Positions 36,481-50,262 of a stretch of DNA of 64,000 nucleotides are shown piece after piece. The position numbers and the translations under genes are program-made. Each line of letters begins with the position of its first letter. The stretch's first letter is position 1. The DNA is from Eledone cirrhosa (lineage: Eukaryota): NCBI GenBank assembly GCA_964016885.1, contig OZ024743.1:335048001-335112000 (forward strand), read 5' to 3'. The notes below the pieces were generated by a model. It did not search any database, was not told where the DNA came from, and saw only the letters and a program-made list of their open reading frames with translations.

Positions 36481-36954
36481 CTCAAAGTTTAGTAAGATCC
36501 CCCTATGGGTATCTTCTGACCAGGCTTGAACTCCAGATCAGGATCTCCACCATCTCTAATACCTACCGCTAGGCCACCAACACTCAATAGCTTGTACAAG
36601 CTCGTATTGGAATATTTGTGTCTAAACACAGTCTAGCAATGTTCTATATTTCTTAGCTACTTAAAGCTCCCATAACATTAATGTAATTTTAATCTCCACG
36701 TATATTTTGATAGTTTGTCAAAAGCTCATCAGCCCCGGGATTACATTTTTCTCGAGGCAATTATCTTCAAAGATATCTCATGAGCACGAATTCAAAACAA
36801 AGTGAAATTATTGAGTAGTTAATTCTCCAACCAACACTCCTCTTGTTGGTAACTGCCATCCCACAGCATTCGCAACCATTATAAGAGAGTTTGTGTATTT
36901 GCTTGAAGTAATCTAGTGCGTTTCCAACATTTGCTTTATCAATTGAACCTTGGC

Positions 36955-37210
36955 CTTGGCCCTAGGGCTACCTCCCTACTCACCACCATAGGCACTGAGC
37001 TAGCCATCCACAGATGTGAGCCTCGCGAGTTGGAATGGCTCTTCCAGCGCATCTCCCTTACCATCCTCCGGGGAAACGCCTTTTTCATTCTGTCCGCCGA
37101 AGCTGTGGGGAGGCCAGAACGTGGGACCCCATTTGCTCACCATACATAGAGATGGGGAAGGTGAGAGAGATAGAGGCAATGACAGTGGGAGTTCGGCTCT
37201 TCCACATGCA
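36955..37210 (+). mobile_element. CRE-like RLE retrotransposon 3' fragment
   Basis: LGPRATSLLTTIG..EPRELEWLFQRISLTILRGNA; matches the 9540 copy. Confidence 0.8.
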
Positions 37211-38069
37211 GACCATGTCCTTGTGGTTGTCTTCATTATCTATAGAGTTCATTCTATTAGTCGTTAGAAAACCAGACATCTAATATAAATGAATCTTCGT
37301 CACTATACATTATAATATTGACTGTTGGGTAGAACGCGTTAAAAAAGGTATAAACATGAAAACAAATGTGTCGTTGTATGCACCGGTATCATCCCCTAAT
37401 GCCGAGAGTCGGCATAACTGAGCTGAGCAATGGGGTGAGCATGTGCTATTTTACAAAATAGCTCAAATAAGTTGTATCCATCACCTCTGCCGGCCAAACT
37501 CACTCGTTTGTGTTCCCGTCGCCACACTGGAATCAGAAAATTGGGTTGGATGTGGAGTGAGAGCTCGGCGCTATAACTGATGCAATGCTTGGATAGCACT
37601 CTCCAATTGTGCAAATTCTTGCGGCTGGACACCGCTTGTGAAACCAATCACCCAAGGAAATTCCGTTGCAATTAACTTGCACCGTGAATTCATTCGATGG
37701 AGCCGGCTCAACCCACCTCAGCTGAACGCCGCTACAAATACATTTAATTTATTATATATACATTTTTTTTAATATCTTAATTTCTAGTTAGAATAATTAT
37801 TTAAAAAACTGCAGAATTATGTGTTAAAATCTATTGTAGGTATTGGACACACTATATGATAATTGGTAACATAAGAAAACATAAACGGTTATTTATATAG
37901 AGTTATTTATACTGAAATTGTTTGAATTGGGTTCATGTGAATGTTTCTATGATGATCATGTCTTAGGTAAGCAAAACCTCAACTTAGCACTGTAAACTAA
38001 TGAAAATCTTCTGAATTATATAAGGCTGCGATGACTTAAACAATGATCGGAACTTTCCTATGTTCCAAA

Positions 38070-38400
38070 ATCCCAAATCCAGGGCCTTCTCATTCCTGTT
38101 GGAGGAACCCCCTCCATGGTTAACCTGCTCTGCTTCCTATCTCTGGTCATATTCGACGATGTCGGGAAGAATGTATCGAATCAGATCGTCGCAGCATCTT
38201 ACCTTTAACTGCCCTCTGGCTCTACTCCACTGCCTTGATGTCCACTCTGTCGCTCTCTATTACTCCACCTGTTGTCTCTTTGACAAAAAACGTGGCCAGC
38301 TTATTTATGACTATCCCTCTTGGTTGTCTCGATTGTGTCCTTCACTACAGCCTGCTGTCGAATCCAGTTACGTATTTATCATCAAGCGAACAGAGTCAGT
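38070..38400 (-). mobile_element. RTE-type LINE 3' fragment
   Basis: AGHV...DNRWSNR.ATEWTSRQWSRARG..VRCCDDL-like C-terminus. Confidence 0.55.
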
Positions 38401-38769
38401 AAATATTGAGTTTGTTGACCACTGTACACTTCCCGTCATATGATGTCAATAATTATTGTATTTATGAGACTACAGATATTTGTCAACAATCAAACGGCCT
38501 CTGACGTAAATCTAGCTATATCATCACGAAGACTTAAAAATACTTCGATGTATCATCTATTAATGAAACTATCTCCATTATGTCTTGGTTTTGACAACCT
38601 CATTAAATTATGAGTAGTTTTTATTATAACCTTCCGTTTTAGATATCAACATTTCCAAGATAATTTACCATGATATCAGATAAGACGATCATTCATGCAG
38701 CCTCACCTTTGAAGTAGCATATCGGATAGCATTATTGATATCTGTTTTTACATTTTTTAAATATCTTTT

Positions 38770-38972
38770 TCTCTCTCTCTCTCTCTCACACACACAGACA
38801 CACACACACATACACACAGACACACGCACAGACACACACAGACACACACACACACGCACACACAGACACACAGACACAGACACACACACACACAGACACA
38901 CACAGACACACACACACACACACACACACAGATATACTCTCTCTCTATCTCGCTCTCTCTCTTTCTCTCTCT
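38770..38972. repeat. (CT)n/(CA)n/(CAGA) compound microsatellite
   Basis: Visible runs. Confidence 0.9.
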
Positions 38973-39265
38973 CACATTTTTCTTTGCAAAGATTCAACAG
39001 CACTTTTTCCGATTTAGAAATTTACAATTATCGAATTTTCATCGATTACTTTCTCTTACGTTGTTTGTAAATAGTTTGTAATTTATTTGTTTTTATTTCA
39101 TGTTTTTTTTATGTACATTTTATTCATTATGTACTTTTTACACAAGATTATCATTATTTGCAGTATTTATTTTCTTTGCTTCACTTCATTTAAAAAAAAT
39201 ATGATTGTAAGATATTTTAGAAAAATCCATCAACTGAATTGAGATATCTCTACTGGTATAATTAG

Positions 39266-39272
39266 AGAAGAA

Positions 39273-39307
<35 letters not shown>

Positions 39308-39339
39308 AGAAGAAGAAGAAGAAGAAGAAGAAGAAGAAG
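39266..39339. repeat. (GAA)n microsatellite
   Basis: Visible run. Confidence 0.95.
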
Positions 39340-39433
39340 GCCACAGCAGTTACCAATTTTGGAACATAACACAAGTTGTTACATAAAATAATGAATATAT
39401 TTTGTTACTTTTTAATGAATTAAATTACTAAAC

Positions 39434-40239
39434 ATGATGAAAGAAAAAAAGAAAGAAACATGGAAAGGAGAAATAAAAACTACAAGCCTCGAACTTGTAG
39501 TTCAAATGAGGCCCGAAAGGATCGCCCAGATTCCTGAACGCGTCATACTGGATGATCAAACTTTTATCAACATTACCGTTGAGGGTAGGCGGCCCTCGTG
39601 TTACCTCTGTGGAGCCAGAGGTCACCTGAGGGCTGTCTGTCCTCAAATTAAAAAGAAAACCCCAATCCCGCCTACACCACCAACAACTGCACAACCAACA
39701 CAATCACCACAACCACCACTACAAAAACAACAACCATAGCTCAAACCAAAACAAAACACTGTCCAACCCATCCCCCCCACTAAAAAAAAACAATTTCCAA
39801 ATACCCGCACCGCAAACACAACCCGAAAATCTACCCCTCCCCTCCAATGCGGAAGATGACCCTCGTTCGTCGTCAGACGAGGAGGAGCACTTCCACACAA
39901 TCAAAAGAAAAAAAAAGAAAACACACCTCAGACACACAAATGAAAACAACCCCTCCCCACAACATAACACAGACACCAACACAAAAGAGCACACAACAAC
40001 AACAACAAACAAAAAACACCACGCAAAAACAAAAACATGCATACACATACATAAACACAAGAAATAAAAAACTGCTAAACATTGTATACAACAACAATTT
40101 AGTAAAAACCCAAGGGCCTAACTTCACCCAGGCAGGGGATTTCCCCCACCTCAAAATGATTAAAGCCCCAGAAGACACATATAAAACACTAAAAAACAAC
40201 TTTAAAAAGGACCTGGGCCCCCTGTGTCGGACCCATTAA
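39434..40239 (+). pseudogene. LINE ORF1 (gag-like) fragment
   Basis: INITVEGRRPSCYLCGARGHLRAVC followed by a P/T/Q/K-rich linker; stop and frameshift. Confidence 0.75.
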
Positions 40240-40337
40240 CCGCGTCTCCTAAAACACTTCCCCACCCCCTCCCAAAGCACCCACGCAACACACTGATGCC
40301 CCTACACTTCCACAAACCACCACCCCACCCAACAACC

Positions 40338-43300
40338 CATCGCTCCTTGCTATTAGTGGGGGACTGGAATGGGATCCTAGATGCACGTTGGGACTAGATA
40401 GGGGCCTGTCCCGATAGAAAGGGGTGTAACAGTCTCAAAGGGTTAATCGGTCGATTTGACCTGGCCGATAGATATCGACTAGATTTTCCGACTGCGCCAA
40501 CCTGGACTTGGGCAAACCGTAGCGGATCATCTAGGTCGTACCTAGATAGGTTCTTAGTTAGAAATAAGGATAAGGACTTTTTAAGTTGTCCAAAAATGCT
40601 CATGGTTGGCTATTCAGACCACAAGTTAGTCACCTGCATGGTCAACCTTGACAGAATGCATAGACAGGGACCCAGTTACTGGAATCTCAACTTGTCCTTA
40701 CCGGCAAGTAAGGCTTACAGGGACCGGATTAACACTTTAGTTAAGCAGCGGTTGACGGGCGCCATCGCCAACAGCAGGTGGTGGGGATCTCTCAAAAGAG
40801 AGATTAGAGTAGTCTCTATAGAATTTAGTAAGGAGTTAGCCTCAAATAGAAATAGGAAGGAAAGGGAGTTGGTAGATAGTGTAGAAGAGGCAATTAGAAG
40901 CGGCTACGTGGCCAGTGTGCTAGCGTCGAGAACGGCCCTGGGCCAGTTCTTCGACGCGAAACACGAAGGCTGCATCGTCCGAAGCAAAATACGAGCTCTG
41001 GGAAACGAGGGGACCAAAGCTGTTAGCTGGGCCCACGTGCCAGAAGCCAAAAGAGGGAGTAGATCCACTATCCGGTCTTTGCGAGACCAGGATGGACGGG
41101 TGATCCTTGAACCTAAGCAGATGTGCGAGGCTTTTCAAAAGCACTTTGCCAGATTGTTCGGAAGGGTCGGGGAGCCGGTTGGGGTAGTGGACTTCTGTCC
41201 ATACCCCGACGGCCTGCCACGTCTCTCGGACAGGGAGGCGAAGTCCTGCGAGGAGCCGATTTCAGCCGCTGAGATAGAGGACGTGCTGAGCCAATGCGGC
41301 AAACGCAAATCCCCGGGTCTCGATGGTCTTCCATACGAACTATATCTAGCTATGTCGGACATGTTCCCCGATCTCCTCGAGGAGGTCTACTGCAACTGAC
41401 AACAGAACGGGAGAATTCCCTGTGCTGTGACCAAGGGCGTAGTCACGCTAGTGGGGAAGGACAAGAACATGGAGGACGATATAAATAATTTCAGGCCCAT
41501 AACTCTGCTAAATACAGAGTTACAGATTTTGGCCAAGGTGCTAGCAAAGAGGTTGGCGCTTGTCGTGGGCAACCTGGTGGGAGATGCGCAGACTTGTGCT
41601 ATCCCGTCCAGGTCCATCCACAACCTCCACCTCATGCGATACATCATAGAGAGGGTTGGGAACGAACCCGGCTTTGGTGGGGCCCTGATCAACTTGGATC
41701 AATCTAAGGCGTTCGATAGGGTCAACCCTGGTTACATGGATGCGGTGCTAGCGGCGGCAGGCTTCGGACCCGTATTCAGGGCTGGATCACTGCCATGCAC
41801 AGCAGCCGCATCTGCTCTAGGGTCAAGGTGAACGCCTACCTCTCGGAGCCGTTCGAAATCGCGCGGTCCATCCGACAAGGCTGCCCTCTCTCCCCTCTTC
41901 TGTATGTAATGACTCTAGAGCCACTGCTGCGGAAGTTGGAGTTGTTGCAGGGCATCCCGTTGGAACCGGGATTGCGGAAAGCGGTGTCGGCCTACGCCGA
42001 TGACGTAACAGTAACGGTGTCGACGGCCTCGGAAATTGGGGCGACCGGCACCTTACTGGAGGAGTACGAAAGGTTTACAGGGGCTAAGTTGAACCGGGAA
42101 AAGTCGATCGGTCTGCAACTCGGCACGTGGAGGGGAAGATCGATGCCCTGCGATGGCGTCGTCGGGCGCTGGACAGAGGGCCCGGTGAAGTTGCTCGGGG
42201 TCTGGTTCGGACCAGACCTCCAGGTGGAGAAGAACGGGAGTAAGGTAACGAACAGGGTGTTTGCACTGACCGAGAAGTGGGCCGAGTAGAAACTGTTCCT
42301 GAAAGGTCGGGCGGAGGTGGCGAACACTTATATAGCGTCCGTCATCTACTACCGCATGACCGCCGTGCCTTGCCCAAGCGAAACGCTCGCCAAAATGGAG
42401 CGCGCACTCTTCCAATTCCTTTGGAAGAAGCGGGCTCCTATGGTGAGGAGATCCATCTGCTGTCAACACCCTTCGAAAGGAGGGCTGGGGATGCCCTGGC
42501 TACTGATACGTAAACACGCATTAAGGCTACGGCACCTCCAGGTATTCCTCACCGGTCAACCGGTGTGGGCCCAGTTTGTGAGGCGAGCCTTTCCCAGACT
42601 CGTCTCGCTCACCGAGCTGCAATCCTGGGACAAGCAAAGACCGAGAAAACTGGGCGCCTGGCACACCGAGTGTGCCCAGGCGCTCACGGCTCTCTGGCAG
42701 GCGGACCCGGCTGTCAGTGGAGAATCCACCTCGTCATTCTATAGAGGGCTGGTGGTTAGCAGGTGCGACGACGCCCTCGGAGAAGCCCTAGGCATGGAGG
42801 AAGACGAACTGGTCAACCTGTTCGGTAGGACATTCAGCCCGGGACCCATGGATAACTTCCAGAGGTCCCTAGCCTGGCAGTGCTACAGAAGAGCTCTGCC
42901 CGTTCGAGAAAGGCTCTACAGACACGGGCGCCCGGTTAGGGACCCGTCGAAAAAGATCTGTCCCAGATGCGTGTGCGACGAGGAAACCGTTGCACACGCA
43001 TTGGTACACTGCTCGGGTATTGCCGATCTTGGGGGCTATGTCGAACAACTGCTGTCAAGGGTGGGCCTGATCCGGTTGACCACAGAGTCTATTGTAACGA
43101 TCAAGCCGCCTCCCCTCTTCAAAAACGAAGAAGAGGCGGTGTTTCTGTGCGTAATAGCCATGGCGAAAGAGGTTGTATGGTGGACGCGTCTGACAGTACT
43201 GAGGTCAGACACCTTTCTCTCTGGCCAACAACTGGTCCGTTTCTTCCGATATCATTTCGGAAGAAGGATCAGGATGGAGAGAGAGGTGCTGCATCCCAGC

Positions 43301-43372
43301 CGTTTTTATGAATTTGGGTGAAAGTGGCGAGAATCATACGTGTGAATGGGCCTTCACTCTACATCAGACTAT
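40338..43372 (+). pseudogene. LINE ORF2 (C-terminal half of APE, reverse transcriptase, C-terminal zinc motif)
   Basis: VGDWN, YLDRF, SDHKLV, KSPGLDG, FRPITLLN, LDQSKAFDRV, RQGCPLSP, AYADD, CPRC..ET..HAL.HC; stops at about 40395, 41397 and 42287; frameshifts at about 41780 and 43310. Confidence 0.95.
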
Positions 43373-43759
43373 AGGTGAGGAAGATGAAAGATCAAGGGAG
43401 CACCCCCTCTCTGTGCTCCTGGTGAGAAGGGTTGCACACTTTTTTCGGGGGTGTGTGCGACCCCCAAGGCGCCTCCTCCCTATTGAGGATTTTTTTATTA
43501 AATTTATTTTTGTTATATTTTATATTTTATCTTTTATATTTTGTTATTGCCTCCTCCTTATTGAGGGCTCCTTTTTATGTAAACACCCCCCATTGTACTT
43601 GTCACACTTTTTGATGCCCTGGTGGCAAATAAAAAGAAAGTTATATTTTAATATATTTATCTAATATATTATATTATAATGTCCAGTTTAAATTTTCTTT
43701 AATTTATCATAGAAAATCTTTAAAGTGACTTATGTAAATACTAAAAATGAAAACTACAA

Positions 43760-44022
43760 AGTCTGTCTCGAGCCTGGAGGATCACCAGGCCTGTACTTAT
43801 CCCGCTTTCCGTGGCATTAAGCTACGGAAAGTACTGATCTTCCTCCTATACAAGACGCCAGTTCATCGCTGAGATAAATCTCCAGTTATTTCAGTATGAA
43901 TATGCTGGAGCAACATGAAATGAACTGTTTTGTTCAAGAACATGACACAACCCAGTCCAGGAATCGAATCCACGACATTATGATCGTAATTCCAACACTC
44001 TTACTATTAGGCCTTCGCCTCC
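43760..44022 (-). mobile_element. SINE family B
   Basis: Homologous to 2270-2575. Confidence 0.75.
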
Positions 44023-45368
44023 ACTCTAATCTAAGTTTACTTCACAAAAATATCTACTAAACCTTGGACATAGCCGAAGGAGATATACGAATATATAAAA
44101 GAAAATAGTAAAATGTTTCGTAAAAGTAAAATGTTTCGTTCACTGCTCTTAAGAATTATTTTGTTCGAGATGAGAGATAAATTTGTATCTGCATCCATGA
44201 TTCGTTCAGTGGGTGTGATAGCTAGCCGACGACAGAGCTGTACATGGTTGTTTCATATTACTGTTATAGTAAACACAAATATTTACGACGGTTAACAAAG
44301 CAGAAACATAACCTAAATAAATTTATTCCATACGCCAGCACCATAACTTAAACTTAAGGTTCAGTCTGCCTCGTTGTCGCGGCACACAGGGTGAAGAAGA
44401 CGTACAACTCATATCTCATAGGTAGAAGAAAATATGAGAATTTTCTTTCGGAATTCCGATCATCGCCTCGTGTCACACTTGTTGATTGAGTAAATATATC
44501 ATGAAGGTGGTTGGGAGAACACAGAATAACTTTCGTCTTATGATTCCATATATTAGCGGTTCATATTTTGTTACCAATGTTGCACTGTATGTTTAGTAAA
44601 GAAACTAATTTTACAAAATTTTAGTACATCTACCCGCACAAATGCAACATCTAGATGTAGAGATAAACATTATCAGTAACCACGGCACTGTAGATTTGAC
44701 GGTTTCAATAGATTCCAGTGTCAATTTCAAATCTTAGCACGCTCAAGTGTGTTGGGATTCACAGGTCTTGAATTTATGATTTGGACTTAGAAATTGTTGT
44801 TGCTATTGTTGATGATGTTGTGGTTTAGCTCCATCTCTAACGTGATCTATCAGGTATATGGTCAAATAACGTTTTTTTAGGGGCCTGTTGAACTACATTG
44901 TCTAGTGAGTCCATTTCTTATTTATGAATTTAGTGCTTCATTTCAGAGAACTTAAGCTACTGTTTCTAGCAAATCGGAGGACAGTACATATGTTCCTTCA
45001 TGGGCTTCTAATTCTATTAAATACAGTTGTCATTACTTTACGTGTGTGGTTTGCAAAGATAAAATACTGTAATGATACTAAATTAGATTCAGCATATAGG
45101 AATCAGTGATCAGAGAAGCCTGAATCAAATGATGTATGGTGAGCCTAAATGCGGAAAGCAGTACCAGTATAAACTAAGGCTACAATTCAAGGTTAGTATA
45201 AGTTTTAGGTGGATTAAAAAGACAAAGAACTACCTCAGAATATATTCCTGTGACCTAATGTGAACATATGGAGATTTGTTTCTAAGGCCAAAAACGATTT
45301 TAAAAAGAATTGCTAATGATTGCCTTTCTCGAACACAAGTGGAAAGCAATATCATATGTGTATATATG

Positions 45369-45431
<63 letters not shown>

Positions 45432-45458
45432 AGTATATATATGTATATATATGAACAG

Positions 45459-45527
<69 letters not shown>

Positions 45528-45731
45528 GAACACTGGAAGGTAATATCCGTAGTGTTAGAGCACTCAGTCCATGGGACGAGTTTGGTGGAAGTAGTAAGGC
45601 TACCGTATGGCCTACCACGACATCTATATAGAAGCCAAAGACCTTGCTGCGGCCCTTACCTTAAGGTAGATAAGAAACTAACTACAAAAAAAGGAACTAA
45701 CTGTTGTGTTACTCCTTCTATATATATATAT

Positions 45732-45850
45732 ACGAGAAATATGGTAAGATACCAGGTGCACCCTAACACACCAGATTACTCAATACTTAGGGTAGTAGAG
45801 TGGCTTAGTTCAGATTCAGCTTTCGAATCGGCCGGAGCTCAGCCGTCTGA
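45732..45850. mobile_element. Fragment of the 16118/58353 terminal-repeat family
   Basis: TACTCAATACTTAGGGTAGTAGAGT and GAGCTCAGCCGTC shared. Confidence 0.6.
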
Positions 45851-46411
45851 ACAAAAAAAGAAAGAAGAATAATAAAAAATAGAAAAGCGGTCCTGACTAT
45901 TTTCATATATATCTGTTAGACACGCAGTGACTAACAACAGAATGTTTTAAGTCTGCGTGTCTGACATATATGCGTAGCTTGTGAATAAAAATTTCAAGGG
46001 GTATCACTGGCCGTGGTGATGCCTCCCAAACATATTTTGTAATGTATCGTCTTATTGGCTAATCAACCAACGAGAGAAATTGTTGCTCAAAAGCATCCGC
46101 CACTTTGTTTCCACGTTGATTTTTGTTTCGCTTTCGAATCTTCCTCCAGTATTTCGTCGTTTTATGATCAAAGTATTTTTCTCGTTTTGGTAAGTTATAT
46201 TATTAATTTATATATGATTTTTTAAATTTATATTAACTATTAAAAGTCTGAAAATATTTTTCTACATCTTACAATAATATTTATAAGATCATTTATAAAA
46301 TAACAATTATATAATCTAATTACATCACAACGATAATTTATTATTAATATATATCATGTTTAACTAGAGTTATTACAAGCGTTGCCTTAAAAAAAACATT
46401 AAACTAGATTT

Positions 46412-46842
46412 GAAAAATGCGCAAGCTCAGAAGAGCCACAGAATGTTATAATAAACCTTCAAAAGTGTGGGACTAGAGTTGTTGCTCAAACATATTGTAA
46501 TCTTAATCTATCGTACACTCTGAGGCATCCTTTTATAAAAAAGAGACTCATAACGAACTCAAGACGACACGATAATCATTTGATTGAATTTATAATATAG
46601 AATTCGGTTTAAGTGCATTTCGTATTAATCATTACTAAACATCTAATATGAGATATTGAACATTACCTTAAATAATTATCGTGTCGTCTTGAGTTCGTTA
46701 TGAGTCTCTTTTTTTATAAAAGGATGCCACAGAGTGTACAATAGATAATGATTACAATATTTTTGAACAAACAACTCTAGTCCCACACTTTAGAAGGTTT
46801 ATTACAGCATTCTGTTTCTCTATTGAGCTTGCGCATTTTTCA
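46412..46842. repeat. Diverged inverted repeat (arms of about 170 bp, spacer of about 90 bp)
   Basis: TGAAAAATGCGCAAGCTC...GACGACACGATAAT versus ATTATCGTGTCGTC...GAGCTTGCGCATTTTTCA. Confidence 0.85.
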
Positions 46843-46865
46843 GGTCTGGTATATATATATATATA

Positions 46866-49800
46866 AGGCAGACATATATGAAAAGTGGCTAAACTCTACC
46901 CCCATCATCCTCCCCCAAACACTCCAAATAAAACACATCCCGAATGAACCAGAAAACCAACAAAGACTTAGGGAAAAGATGGCGTTAGAAAAAATTAAAA
47001 TAGAAATAGAACTGTTGCGATTAAGAGCCAACTCCAACGAAGAAAAATTCAAATCACTCGACCAACAGATGGACACAGAAATCTCAAGGCACTCTGAAGG
47101 CCTACTCGATGAAAAAACCTTAAAACTTTGGAAAGAAAACTATGAAGATGAATAACTAACATTCCTCCAGCGATGGGAAAAAAATGCCACCTGGTTCAAC
47201 AACTACGAAATGGATTTAAAAAATGAACAGCATACAGGTAACCCATTTTTAAAACAAACTAAAACTCACACACCACATGCACAACAAATAACAGAAAAAG
47301 TAACCAAACATGCACAAAAAATAACAGAAAAAGTAACCAAACATGCACAACAAATAACAAAAAAAGTAACAAAACGTCCAACATACCCCCAGCAAAACTA
47401 TAACGATAATCCCAGAACCCATAGACAAAATTATAACCCTACTAACAAAAACCGAAGATCCCCCAACACAAGTCAGGACCCGATCCGCAGATCACAACCC
47501 ACACAAAACCTATTCCAAAACCTTAGACCCCTTCCCACACAGAGCCTGTTCCAAAATCGTAGATCCCAACCCACACAAAGGAACAAAATGTGCAACCCGG
47601 ACTATCAACAGACCGAACCTCAATACGTCCGAAACTTCTATACACGACCACACAACAACAGGGTAAATACCATTAGATATAATAATACCATTGAAAAAAC
47701 ATTCCAGAAAAATCCTTTTTTAGACCAAGGCTACAGGACCCACGACACCCGGTGGCACAAACCGATTTTGAAAAACCGAAAATAATCAACCTTTCAAATA
47801 CAAACCTCTCAGCCCAACAAGTAAAAATTCACACCAACACCGCAATACTCTAACCCCAATGAGATAAATGACGATATCTCACACTTCTGTAGAAAATTAC
47901 GTCTCACAGAGGAATTCTTTGAAAGGAGAATAACAAGGAATCAATTGTACGGAATAAAAGCAGCTACAACCCAACAAAAGGTGGAAACAGAGTTCTGGAC
48001 AAATTTTGTGACCACATAGCTACTTTCCCATACCATGAACTACCGCAACCTAAACCCAAACCCAACACGAGTCGAAGGGAATGGGAGATTATCCATGAAC
48101 TAAAAAAAAAATACGGACATTATAATTAAGGAAGCGGTCAAGGGAAGTAATGTTGTCATTATGGATACTGAAAAATATAAAAATTCTATGTTCTCTTTCT
48201 TACAAAATACTAATTACTATGAAAGAGTAAAACACTACCAGCAATCAAAAACAATGACCAGATTAAACACACTGAATTGTCGATACCAGGAAGACTTAAC
48301 TAAAAAGGAACGCGATTATTTAACACATTTTGAATACAAAGCCAGCAACCTTTACGGACTTCCGAAGATCCACAAGTGTAAAATAATTAACGATGCCTGT
48401 AAACAATCCACCTCAGTCTGCGTGAACACACAATACCCCACAGACCTTAAATTAAGTCCAATTGTAGCGGGCCCACAATGTGAAACACACAGAATGAGCA
48501 ACTTTATAGACATACTACTAAAACCAATTCTCAAACACATACCAAGCCTTGTAAGAGACGATTGGACCTCTTAAACCACCTCCCCAAACATCTCAACAAC
48601 GACACTATCATTGTGTCTTTCGATGTAGTGAATCTCTACACAACGATCCCACACCAATACGGACTAGAAGCAATAGGATTCTGGCTAGAGAAATATCCCA
48701 ATGAGATACCTGGCAGAATAGAAAAAAGCTTCATCACCGAGGGATTAATATTTATCTTACAGAACAACTTTTTTGATTTCGATGGCAGTACTTACAAGCA
48801 AATATCGGGGACTGCAATGTGTACAAAAGCCGCTCCAACGTATGCCAACTTAGTCATGGCATACGTAGAAGTCCAGATATATGAACAGTCCAAATCAAAA
48901 TACGGATTGAACTTCCACACATATTTATCAGAGAATTGGAAACGCTACGTGGATGATTGTCTCATTCTTTGGTCCCACACACTCGACCAACTGAATGATT
49001 TCAAAAACTTAATAAACGGCATCAATAACCACATCCAATCCACAATGGAATACAGCCAAGATCAACTCCCATTTCTGGACATCTTAATCTTAAGAAAAGA
49101 CACAAATATTGGAAACTGACATACACTACAAACCAACAGATTCCAAACAATACCTGCTATTCACCCCCATCCATCCAAAGCACACGAAGACGAACATTAT
49201 TTTTAACATAGCAAGAAGAATTTGCACAATTGTCTCCAATTATGAAACGCGAAATAAAAGACTTCAAGAATTAAAGGAAATTTTACTCGAAAGACAGTAC
49301 CCACCATTACTAATAAATAATCGAATAGAAAGGGCTAAAGCAATAGACATTGATGAATTACGAAAACAGAAACAAATTCAAGGTACGTCCAATATTCTAT
49401 CATATATCTCAACACACAACCCAAGAAATGCGGAAGCTTACAACACTATTCGCAAGAACATCCCACTACTGAAACAAGACCCAAGAATGAAAAAAGCCCT
49501 TGAAACACACAACATAATCAAGTGTAAAAGACAACCGAAATCACTGAAAACATTACTCACCGATGCCAAATTACCTACCGCAAACCCACAACCAACTGTC
49601 AAAAAATGTGGTCGCTCTAACTGTGGAACCTGCACTCACCTCATTGAAGGCAACACGTATACATTTAAATCAGGACAAAATTTTGCTGTAAAAAATCACT
49701 TCAGTTGCTCATCAAAAAATCTACTTTATGCCATTAAATGTAAAGAATGCAATGAAGATTATATAAGACAATCTAAACTCACACTCAGAAAGAGAATGAC

Positions 49801-49995
49801 AGTTCATCGCCAACAATTACGAGATCCAACCACGAGATAGATACCACTAAGCGCATATCTAGACATATGCGCAAGTAATAAAACACCCAAATTCCAAGTC
49901 TTCCTATTTTACCTTTGCGCTGACAATACAACAGAACAAATACGAATAAATAAGGAAAATATGTTTATTCAAAAATATAGACCAGCATTAAATAT
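46866..49995 (+). pseudogene. PLE polyprotein (N-terminal region, RT, GIY-YIG), frameshifted
   Basis: YGLPKIHK, SFDVVNLYTTIPH, YKQISGTAM, WKRYVDD, LPFLDI, TDIHYKPTD, KKCGRSNCGTC, LLYAIKC..C.EDYI.Q, E.MFIQKYRPALN. Confidence 0.95.
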
Positions 49996-50196
49996 GGTTT
50001 ATATACATTATGTCAAAACCATAACATGCTAACCATCCAAACAGACACATACATAACACCTTCTACTTTAGAAAATAAAAACCCGAACTAAATAAACCTT
50101 AACATACGTTTACGCTGACAATACAACAGAACAAATGCGAATAAGTAAGAAAAATATGGTCATTCAAAAATATTCCTACTAACGGAATCATTTTCC

Positions 50197-50262
<66 letters not shown>

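Larger units (their letters stand above)
39430..43640 (+). mobile_element. Tx1/L1-clade LINE, decayed
   Basis: ORF1 CCHC knuckle; ORF2 APE-RT-zinc region; AATAAA near 43628. Confidence 0.9.

Noticed and set aside
37396-37735. GC-richer block with short ORFs
   Set aside because: No recognisable domain; probably an unclassified repeat fragment
41135-42469. Antisense and alternate-frame ORFs within the Tx1/L1 element
   Set aside because: By-products of GC-rich coding sequence on the opposite strand
46823-46865. ORF-track start of the PLE ORF
   Set aside because: Lies in the neighbouring inverted repeat and TA run; the element begins at about 46866 and is 5'-truncated
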